Shown: positions 54,693-64,000 of the stretch, piece after piece
Position numbering within the stretch: position 1 is the first letter of the stretch
Layout of the letters: each line of letters opens with the position of its first letter
Source: Takakia lepidozioides
Taxonomy: Eukaryota > Plantae > Bryophyta
NCBI GenBank assembly: GCA_030704615.1
Contig: CM060732.1
Coordinates: 34,658,001-34,722,000 of the forward strand
Direction: 5' to 3'
Length of the DNA: 64,000 nt
The notes under the pieces: generated by a model
The model's input: only the letters and a program-made list of their open reading frames with translations
The model's database searches: none
Told to the model about the DNA's origin: nothing
Program-made: the position numbers and the translations under genes

Positions 54693-56084
54693 CACAACCT
54701 GAAAGTCATACTCTTGGAGTATAAGTGCCCACCGCGCAAGCTTCCATGTAAGCTTGTCTGACTCCATCAACCACTTGAGTAGCTGGTGATCCGTGACAAG
54801 GGTGAAGAGATTGCCGTATAGATAGCACATGAAGTGTGCCACGGCCCACACTGCAGCTAAGCACTCCCCCTCATATGAGCTATAGTTAGACTCTGCAGCG
54901 TTGTTCGAACGGCTAGCATAAGCCACTACGAACTCTCTTCCCTCATCATCCACCTGTGTGAGCACCGCTCCAAGCCCCAGCATGCTCCAATCTGTATGCA
55001 CCTGAAAGGGACGCCCCCTGATAGGTCGTCTCAAGATCGGCGCCGAGGTCAACCTCGCCTTGAGATCCTGAAAAGCTCGCTCTTGCTCATCTTCCCACTC
55101 CCACTCCTGGTCTACATTGGTCAACTTGGTTAGAGCCTTTGCAATAGCACTAAATCCCTTGACAAACCGTCTATAGTAGTTTGCCAACCCCATGAAAGCT
55201 CGAACTCGGCTCACATCCGTGGGACGTGGAATCTGTGCGATGGCCTCTACCTTAATCTGCTGCACCCCCAATCCTCCAGGATATACCATGTGGCCCAAAT
55301 ACTCAATCTGGTTGTGGAAGAATTTGCACTTCCCCAGATGTAATTTCAATCCGTGCGCTCTCAAGCGCTCAAACACCATCTGAAAGTGTCTCTCGTGCTC
55401 CTCCACCGTAGCACTAAAGATGATGATGTCATCTATGTAGCACCGAGCAAAGTCTACCCCTGCTAGAATCCTGTCCATAACTCTTTGGAACTCTGCAGGA
55501 GCGTTCTTAAGCCCGAATGGTAAGAACCGCCACTGATATAGGCAATCCTTCCCGTGCTCATTGATCCCCCAGAATTTCGTCTTCTGCTTGTCCGCCTCCT
55601 TGATCGGCAACTGGTGATATCCGGACCGCAAGTCCAAAGAACTAAAGACCTTGGCATGCCCAATGGCATCAAAGATCTCCTCAGGTGTGGGCATGGCATA
55701 CTTATCGGCCTTGGTCTGACGATTTACAGGCCGGTAATCACCGCACATACGTCTCTCCGTCCAATTGCCATATACATCCTTCTTGGCTGGCATCACCGTG
55801 GCTGAAGCATACTCTCCACTAGAGAGCTCCACCAAACCAGCCTCCCAGAGATCTTGAGTCCTCATCTGAATCAAAGACCTCTCCATGTCACTGTATCTAT
55901 AGGGTCTCCGAAAGATTGACGTGTCCGTAGCCAACTCAATACGAATCTCTTGACCCTTCAGTGCTCCCAAATCCTTCAAACTAAAGGCAAAGCAATTCCT
56001 GTAAGGCCTCAAGAACCACCGTATACGTCGTCTCTCTCCTCCAGTGACAATGGGTCCAATGTCAGGCTCCCAATTGTCCTCCAT
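54690..56084 (-). CDS. pol: Ty3/Gypsy reverse transcriptase and RNase H (open 464 aa), truncated before integrase
   Basis: RRMCGDYRPVN, SLDLRSGYHQL, LPFGLKNAPAEFQ, YIDD, EYLGH, HTDWS, SYEGECLA, VTDH, LARWALILQEYDF. Confidence 0.93.
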   Translation of the reverse strand: MEDNWEPDIGPIVTGGERRRIRWFLRPYRNCFAFSLKDLGALKGQEIRIELATDTSIFRRPYRYSDMERSLIQMRTQDLWEAGLVELSSGEYASATVMPAKKDVYGNWTERRMCGDYRPVNRQTKADKYAMPTPEEIFDAIGHAKVFSSLDLRSGYHQLPIKEADKQKTKFWGINEHGKDCLYQWRFLPFGLKNAPAEFQRVMDRILAGVDFARCYIDDIIIFSATVEEHERHFQMVFERLRAHGLKLHLGKCKFFHNQIEYLGHMVYPGGLGVQQIKVEAIAQIPRPTDVSRVRAFMGLANYYRRFVKGFSAIAKALTKLTNVDQEWEWEDEQERAFQDLKARLTSAPILRRPIRGRPFQVHTDWSMLGLGAVLTQVDDEGREFVVAYASRSNNAAESNYSSYEGECLAAVWAVAHFMCYLYGNLFTLVTDHQLLKWLMESDKLTWKLARWALILQEYDFQVV

Positions 56085-57711
56085 AACTGCAACCTTAAGT
56101 CCAGCAGACTTAGAGGTAGAGGACGCGTCTCGTGGTTGCTATGCCGCAACCTCTTGAGCAGTACTCCCTGCCTGCTCAGTCAATGACAAGGCCTCATCTT
56201 GCCCCATCATCTCATCCTTGAGGACCTCCTCAACCCGAGAAGAATCCCCAACCTCATACATCATAGCCGCCTTGGCTGCCAACTCCCTCTGAACCTCGAG
56301 CACCTCCCACATGTGCCATGGATGTCTACACCCCGTGGTCCTCACCGGCTCGCCCCCACTCACTGCATGTACCGTCTCGGTAGGCAGAGAGACCGTCAAG
56401 GGAAGTGCTTTCCGCACTCTACGTTGCTCAGCCATAGCCAAGCTGATAATCCAGTTCAAGCAATTTAGATCCATTGCTTGCCCCAACACCTGACGACGTG
56501 ATGCCTCAGAAAAATAAGGCACCGCCGTGGTCCCAGTGGAAAAACCCATAGCCCGCTCTCGCTCGTCGGCATTAGGCTCCACTAACTGTTGCATCTGAGC
56601 ATCCCACAGGAGGCCAGGTCCACTATCCCGGAAAGCATGCGATCCTAGGAAGCTGAGCAGTGTAGGTAGTGCTGCTCGTGGTTGACCCACCTTGTTGACC
56701 ACTGCCAAAGGCGAATGGTCATCGTGTCTTACACGCTGAGACTGCCTCCTTGTGTCCAAAATGCTATCCACTGTGAGGTGTGCTGGTCGTCACTCCAGCT
56801 GTAAATGCTGCCAGTGTTGGCATCTTGCCTCGTTGGGCAACCGCAACTCCTCCTGCACGCTTGAGCAATGCGGGTGGCATCAAGTTAGTCCACCATAACC
56901 GTGGACGATGAGCCCGTGACCCCACTGCAGCTGCATCCAACAACACTGCTGACCCAAGCCATGACCGGACTTAATGCACACTGGCCATCACCCTGGCCCA
57001 AGAATCGCCCATCAGTGGCACATTCTCCAAGATGTATGCTGGAGATACAGCCTGATGAAGTTGTAAGTGACGCAAAATCCCCACCATCTCTCAAAACAGA
57101 CGCGACCTCGAGTCTCATAATCCAGTGTCATGCCCGGCTGATGAATGCCCTTGGCAGGGCCAACCTGCCACTACCAAATCAATGGAGCCAACCCAATCCA
57201 AATCCTGTGCCCCCAGCAAAGAGATGTCTGCTGGCAAAGCCTGCTGATATCCACGAACCGCAGACACCGGCAACAACTCAGGGTATTGCTGCACCAACTG
57301 AGTAACATGACGGAGTGAGACGTGTTGTGCAGTCTCATCCCTCTCCATATACAAGTAATGCCGAACTCGTACACCTGCCTGTAGAACAGCAGCCAATCCG
57401 GTGCTGATCCCGCCAAACAAGTCCAGAAGGCAAATGCCTTCATCCGGACACTGCCACACGATCGGTGTTGTATCCAATGGTGACAACTAAGGTGGTCCTG
57501 GTGCAATCCCCGCACTGTCGTCCTCTCCTGATGGTACAAAAGCCTCTTCCCAGACTTGTTGCACATGTCGATCAGCAACCCGCTGCAAATCCTTGCTCGA
57601 GCCCCACAATGGAGTGTGAGCAACCATGGCAGGCAACTCCGCCATACCATACATGTCATCATACTCTGTTGGAGGTGACACATCCTCTAAATAAGTGTTG
57701 CCATCCAACAA
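56085..57711 (-). pseudogene. C5 DNA cytosine methyltransferase domain of the retroelement polyprotein (DNMT3/Dcm-like), with nonsense mutations and one frameshift
   Basis: Motif I LLDLFGGIS; motif IV DLVVAGWPCQ; motif VI YILENV; motif VIII AHRPRLWWTN; motifs IX/X ERERAMGF..RRQVLGQAMD. The C-terminal part is in the same frame as the RT ORF, separated by one TAG at 56139. Confidence 0.88.
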
Positions 57712-57948
57712 CTCTCACAAGACATGGGAGGCCAAGCTCATAGGAGTCAATACCCAAGATCTCAAGCTCAAGTTCACAGGTTGCAAGACGACGACTAACG
57801 ATGGGGCAACTCTTGTACCCGGCCTCTTGATCTATTGAGTTTGAGTGTAGTAAGGATAGTGGTGGAGGACTTAGTGAGGCTATGGCCACTATCACATCTT
57901 GTGGCTACCTGGACTTAGAGGGATCTAAGCGCCAGCTAGGGGGGCGAT

Positions 57949-58224
57949 TGTGATGGACTAGTGGGAGCCTAGTAGTGGCTAGTGACAGCCTAGTGGTGGA
58001 CTAGTGGCTGTATTAGTGGTGGCTAGTGGCAGCCTAGTGTTGGACTAGTGGCTGCACTAGTGGTGGACTAGTGGTTGCACTAGTGGCAGCCTAGTGATTG
58101 CACTAGTGGTAAGACTAGCGGTGCAGTAATGGTGGACTAGTGATAGACTAGTGTTTGGTGTGCACATGTGTTGTGTGGTTTTGGACAGCGATGTAGTTAT
58201 GTAGCGATATGTATGCGCACGACA
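57949..58224 (+). repeat. Putative 3' LTR containing about 17 CTAGTGG-core repeats of about 11 bp
   Basis: Begins TGTGATGG right after a purine tract, ends CGACA; gactagtgg/gcctagtgg/cactagtgg units at 57956-58156. Confidence 0.65.
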
Positions 58225-58862
58225 CTTCCAACAGTCTTCATGTGGAAAGGGTTTGCTCGAGGATGATGACCATAATTGGAGAAAAATGGAGTTTGTTTGG
58301 TCGAAGAATGTATAGTGTTGTTGTAGGCAAACTCAGCCAATGACAGAAGGTCCGTCCAATTATCTTGGTGATAATTTATCATACAGCGAAGATACTGCTA
58401 CAAAATCTGGTTTACGCATTCGGTTTGACCATCAGTCTGTGGATGATTAGCTGTAGAGAGATTGATCTTAGTATCCAATATGTGAAATAATCCCCTCCAG
58501 AAATTTGATATGAACTGTGGTCCTCGATCAAATACGATGTCCTTCGGGAGTCCATGAATGCGGTAGGTATTATTGAGGAAGAGTCTAGCAGTTTTCTCGC
58601 CGGTAACCGTCTTACTACATGGAATGAAATGTGTCATCTTCGTAAAACGTTCTACAATAACAAGGATTGAATCGGTAGTCTTGGAAATTGGAAGTCCGTA
58701 ATAAAGTCCATAGACACGGACGACCATGGACCCTTGGGAGAGGTAATGGTTGAAGAAGGCCGTAAGATCGATGTCGTGGTCCCTTTGCTCTAGCACATGT
58801 GTCGCAAGATTTTATAAATTCTTTCACGAGTTTCCACATCTGCGGCCACCAATAGTCCCTGG

Positions 58863-61220
58863 GTGATAGAGTAATCAATAAAGCTAGACGAGACAGTCAA
58901 TCCCCACTTCTGATTCCACATTCCCAAGGTGCTCGTGCAATACTGATCACTCCTCCCTTTAATCCCCATTTGTCATCTTCTTTCGCAATTGAAAGAAAGA
59001 TCTTCTGTTGTATTGCTACTGATAAGCCATGAAATTTTTCCAGGAATGCTTCCATTCATTTGCTTCCGTTGACTCGTTCTTTCGTGATTTCAAGAAATCA
59101 CTGAGTAACCATCCTTCCTTGAGTTTACTTGAACTTAACATACCGTTAGTCCCCAGTATGGTCGCCAAATGTTAACCGCTGGTTTATGACTTAGACAAAA
59201 CAGGCTCTCATCACTACTGCCCATTACCCAAGACATGCAATAGAGGTTGTCCGACAGTATGCCTTCGAAAATGATTACAGAGTAATCGTTTTAAGGATAG
59301 CTAAAACCTAGCAGTCCTCTGAATCAACATCTCTGCAGGTTGTTTAATCCTACTGATTAAGCCCGACTTGCAGTCCCATTAACCTAAAAGATCTTAGTCA
59401 GAAAGGCTGAAGCCGCTTTGTTCATACAGCAAGACAGTATACAAGACAACCAAGAGCTATTATGAGATGATGCACATTCTCTCTATCTCACGTTCAGTGC
59501 CGAGCACTTAGCATTTTCTGCCTCGTGGCCGGGTAGTGTGAAGTAAATCACTACCCGCCATGTACCCTCGTGGCTTCAGCTGTCCTGCCCTCGTGGCACT
59601 GACACTTAGCTTATGCGGGCAGAAGAGGGGCTTCAACCACATCCGTTCAATGGGTGCAATAGCCGTGCACGCATTGCAAGATTTATTTTTCGCAATGAAC
59701 AAAAACCAGATGAGAACTGAACGCCTCATTGGCCCATCGAACGAATTTCGATTGATCTCATATTATGCTGCGACCTATCATAGGGTACATTGAGCACACT
59801 GGCCAAGTCTCAAAGCGAACGAAAATCATTTGGATGGGCAACCATCCGTCGGCCCATTGAACAAATTTCGATTGATCTCTTATTACTCTGGGGCCGCTTC
59901 CATGGCACATTGAACATACTGGCCAAGTCTCAAAGCGAACCAAAATCATCTCGATGGCCAACCATCCGTTGAGCCATCGAATGAATTTCGATTGATCTGA
60001 TATTAGTCCAGGACATGTGAGAGGGTGTCTCAAACGTACTGGCAAAGTTTGGAAGCAAACAAAAATGATTTGGATGGGCAACCATCCGTTCACCCATTGA
60101 ATGTATTCCGCTGGATCTGCTATTGCTTTGGGACATGTTGGACTGTGTTTCGCGTGCTCATAATTTTTTTTTCATTCTGTTTTTGAATGGGGCGTGTAAT
60201 TTAGCCATATGCAACGTGTGTGCCAAATCTGGGAGCGAACATAATTCATTTGGACCCAAAACCACAGTTTCTTCCCTGTTTTGCACTCCAAACTTGATTT
60301 GTGTTCAACTTCATGCACTCTTCATAAAAAGTTCTGCAATAGTGAGCGAAGATAACACTTTTTTTTGGGGGCATTTTTGATTGGTCCAAATTTTGGCGGG
60401 GGAGTAGTGGTGGGATGCTGAAAGCCGCAGAACAAAATTGAGCCAAAAACAAAATCGCCAGAAACCCCCAATGAAAGGCAATGCAAACCTATTTATTGGC
60501 TTAAAATTAATTTAAATTCAATTACATTATGGAATGGCTTGGTGTTGATGGGGAGGCAAATGATTTCTTCGTCTGTTGTGTCTCCGCACATGTGTTGCAC
60601 ACATGTTCAAGCACATGCGGGCAAAAGAGGGGCTTCAACCACATCCGTTCAATGGGTGCAATAGTCGTGCACGCATTGCAAGATTTATTTTTCGCAATGA
60701 ACAAAAACCAGATGACAACTGAACGCCTCATTGACCCATCAATCAAATTTCGATTGATCTCATATGACACTGGGACCTATCAGAGGGTACATTGAACACA
60801 CTGGCCAAGTCTCAAAGCGAACGAAAATCATTTGGATGGGCAACCATCCGTCGGCCCATTGAACGAATTTCGATTGATCTCATATTACTCTGGGGCCTCT
60901 TCCATGGTACATTGAATATACTGGCCAAGTCTCAAAGCGAACCAAAATCATTTGGAGGCAAATGATTTATTCGTCTGTTCATTTATTTGTGATTAATCGT
61001 TAATGGTGAAAAGGATAAACCAAAGGTTCCTTGATCAAAAAAAATTTGAATGATTTGAAATTTTGCTAGTATGTTCTACATGCCTCTTATATGGACCGGA
61101 CAAGTATGAGATCAATAAAAAATGGTTCACCGGAGGAACCAATGATTACTTGATGTGCCGATTTATGAATGCTTTCAAACTTTGTCATTGCATTGTACAT
61201 GCCATCTTAAAGGTACCGGA
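58863..61220 (-). mobile_element. Fragment of another LTR element (LTR end plus tRNA-type PBS, Tat/Athila-like) with tandem repeats
   Basis: Minus strand ...gttaACA|tttggcgaccatactgggga (59150-59176). Inserted without a TSD; about 8 nt of host sequence is missing relative to copy 1. Confidence 0.5.
59613..60955. repeat. 120-bp tandem repeats and an approximately 340-bp duplicated block
   Basis: aaaat.atttggatgggcaaccatccgt recurs at 59821, 59941 and 60061 (period 120); 59613-59950 is repeated at about 60616-60955. Confidence 0.9.
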
Positions 61221-64000
61221 TTCCATTGTTTTGTTGAAGCCGAAATGTCTTGTAGCCGGAAGATCATGACATGTTTGAATAATTCGAAGTCGTGTAGGTC
61301 CTGGAGGTACATAGAAAAGTCCCTTGAAATAAAGTAAGTCATCTTTGAATTCGAAGTTGTTTGTAACATATGGGTTGTCTCGAGGTCGATTTAGGTTCGT
61401 AATGTCGTAGCAAATTAGATACTTTACAATGCTTCCTGAATCTCCTTTATGATCTCTACATCGTCATAGGTGGACATGGATAGCATATTCACTTGGAGAT
61501 TTGTTGGTTTCAAGATGATGGATTTCTGTTGGTCAAAAGTTGCATCCCCTTCTTTTGGCGCAAGATACGATCGTCAAGAAAGAGCATCTGGTTTTCCTTG
61601 AAGATGTCCGGGACGGTAGGTAATAACAAAATCAAACCTTGCTAGTGACATACTCCATCTTGCTTGACGTCAATTCAAAACACGAGCACTCATAAAATAC
61701 TCGAGGTTTTTGTGATCGGTATAGACTGTGACCTGATGTTTAGCTCCCTCCAATAGATGACGCCACTTCTCAAAAGCATCGATAATCGCTAGAAGTTCTT
61801 TGTCATGGATTTCATAATTGATCTCCGCAGCGGAAAATTTGCGAGAACGAAAACCAACAGAGTGAAGTCCGCCATCTGTACCGTATTGAGAGAGTGTCGC
61901 ACCAAGTGCAAAGTCCGATGCATTTGCTTCCAAAAAGAATGGTTTAGATAGGTCTGCATGTACCAGTATTGGAGCCGTTGTAAATGTCTGCTTCAGCCTT
62001 TCAAATGCTTGGTCAGCCTTCTCGTCCATACAAATTTGTCTTTCCTTGTGAGTCGTGTCAATGGTGCAGCAATTTTGGAGTAGTCATTGATAAAGATTCT
62101 ATAGAAATTTGCAAATCCTAGAAAACATTGTACATCTCGGACCGAAGTTGGTTTAATCCACTCGATGATGGTTTGTATTTTCTTCTGATCCATAAAGACT
62201 CATTTGTCGGAAATAATGTAGCCCAAAAATTCGACTTCAGATTGGTGAAAAAGACATTTTTCCAACTTGACATATAGTTTTTTTTCCCTCAATTTATCAA
62301 GGACAAGGCGTACATGGCGACCATGTTCTTCTTCATTCTGTGAGAATATCAAAATGTCGTCCAAATAGATGACTACAAAGTCATCTAAAAATTCTCGAAA
62401 GATGTCATTCATCATGTGTTGAAACATTGCTGAAGCATTTGTAAGACCGAAAGGCATAACACTGTATTCGAAATGTCTGTACCTTGTGCGAAAAGCAGTC
62501 TTCCATTCGTCTTCTTCTTTTATTCGTACAAGGTTGTAAGCTCCTCTCAAGTCGATCTTTGTGAAAAAAATTGCTCGTCCAAGTTGTTCGAGGAGTCCGG
62601 AAATCAGCGGTAGTGGGTAACGATTTTTTATAGTGACTTTGTTGAGCCCACAATAGTCCACACACATGCGTAACGATCCGTCATTCTTCTTCACAAATAA
62701 GATAGGTGTCTTGCGGATGATTTCGAATGTCGAATGAAATTCTTTGACAAATTTTCATCAATGTATTCACGTAAAGCAGCCAGCTCCGTCTGAGATAAAT
62801 TGTAGATCGGGCCGAATGGTGGTTGAGATCCTTCTTGCAACTCAATTGCACAATCATAAAGTCGATGTTCTGGCAACATGTCTACATTTTTCTTCTCGAA
62901 GACATCCTTGAAATCTTGATATTGAGTGGGTAATGTCGAAGTACCTTGGTCTGTTGTGGTTTTGATCGGAGTCGCATAAAGTGCAAATGTCGCGTCTTTC
63001 TTCGTAGCTCTCATGAAGGCTCTAGCTCCAAGAAACAGAGGTTGAATACCTTTGGTACTTTTGCATTTTTGTCTTGCCGAAATTTTTCGTGATCGCCAGT
63101 CGATGTCAGGATTATGAAGTACAAACCAGGGAAGTCCAAGGATCACAAGATTCGTAGGCGACTGGATAACATTGAAAACAATCTGTGATGCTTGATTTTT
63201 AAGCTTCACTTCAAGGGGTCGAGTTTCATGGTCAATATTTCCTGATGCTAACGGTCGTCCATCGATGACTTCAACAAGGGCCGAGAATTTCTTTCTTACG
63301 AGCGTTAAATTGTGTTGCTTCGCAAAGTCTTTGTCAATAAAACACGCTGAAGCGCCCGAGTCCAAACTACGGAGATATCTCAATTTTGCATCCTGATCTT
63401 TACTGGAACAATGAAACAAGGTACAGGGTCTGGAGGTAGAAAGAGACTTTTTTTTGGTGAGGAATTTGGGGTGTCCAGCCACATGGTCCCTACTGTGACT
63501 GGACATCTTCGTTTTCCGACCTCCTCATATCGAACACTTGAGTTGTGCCCCGAGCTTTGAATCTTCTCTTGTTGGGGCAATTTAATGCTATGTGATCATC
63601 TTCTCCACAATAAAGGCATAATCCATTTGAACGCCGTCTTTGTTTTTCTTGTGGCGTCAATGGCTTGAATCGGATAGCATCAATCTGCATAGGATCATTA
63701 CCGGATGTATGATGGATCGTTGTGTTTGGTGTCGTGGTAGCAGCAGCATAGTGCGTCGTCGACCATCCAGATCGCTTCTCTTGACGTCTTTCGAACAAAC
63801 GATTATCGCATGCAATGACTTGGGTAATGAATTCGCTCAGTGTACTCACGTTTGGCATCATCAGCAACAAATCTTTTACATCCTCTTTTAGGCCACATCG
63901 AAACTAACTAATGAGACTCTTCTCATTCAAGTCGAGGTCGCACGCAAGTTGTTGAAATTCGGTAGCATAAACGGAAGCTGGACGTGCTCCTTGTCGAAGA

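Larger units (their letters stand above)
50858..58224 (+). mobile_element. Nested, rearranged Ty3/Gypsy-type element carrying a DNA cytosine methyltransferase
   Basis: TGTCAAG...CACGACA flanked by CTTC at 50854-50857 and 58225-58228, which restores the host integrase sequence seen in copy 1; gag on +, MTase-RT-RH on -; purine tract at 57938-57947 then LTR-like 57949-58224. Confidence 0.88.
49055..64000 (-). mobile_element. Tcn1-like chromovirus copy 2, inverted relative to copy 1, interrupted by insertions at 50858-58224 and about 58863-61220; 5' end lies beyond the window
   Basis: 3' LTR 49055-49671, PPT 49672-49685, chromodomain 50283-50549, INT 58225-58862, RH 61670-62029, RT with YLDD 62200-62694, PR and gag to 64000; collinear with copy 1. 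Confidence 0.95.

Noticed and set aside
56085-57711. Bacterial restriction-modification MTase (contamination) or a host DNMT3/DRM gene
   Set aside because: It is continuous with Gypsy RT-RH, lies inside a TSD-flanked element nested in a plant chromovirus, and has no introns, regulatory domains or nuclease partner.
59613-60955. CRISPR-like array
   Set aside because: Whole 120-bp units are homologous, with no unique spacers and no cas genes; eukaryotic context.

Overview
Eukaryotic nuclear DNA from a land plant, most likely a bryophyte such as a moss (inferred from the PAL/LSF1 sequences and Tcn1-type chromoviruses). Three apparently intact host genes are present: an intronless PAL (828-3017, -), a 10-exon LSF1-type phosphoglucan phosphatase (22546-34525, +) whose intron 4 is about 7.3 kb of stacked LINE copies, and a 2-exon BAHD acyltransferase (37348-39039, -) with a dead partial duplicate nearby. 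The rest is mostly nested transposon material: a Helentron-like remnant, a split L1, two copies of a Tcn1-like chromovirus, Copia, CACTA and MULE/SWIM remnants, piggyBac-like TTAA termini and a probable mitochondrial insertion containing a chimeric tRNA. The stand-out is a 7.4 kb TG...CA element (50858-58224, 4-bp TSD) inserted in the second chromovirus. It carries gag on the + strand and, inverted on the - strand, a decayed polyprotein in which a C5 DNA cytosine methyltransferase domain (motifs I, IV, VI, VIII, X) runs into a Ty3/Gypsy RT-RNase H, i.e. a methyltransferase-carrying LTR retrotransposon in a land plant. The chromovirus also shows a Tf1-like self-priming primer site and a candidate -1 frameshift signal. 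All assignments come from reading motifs by eye; no database searches were run.
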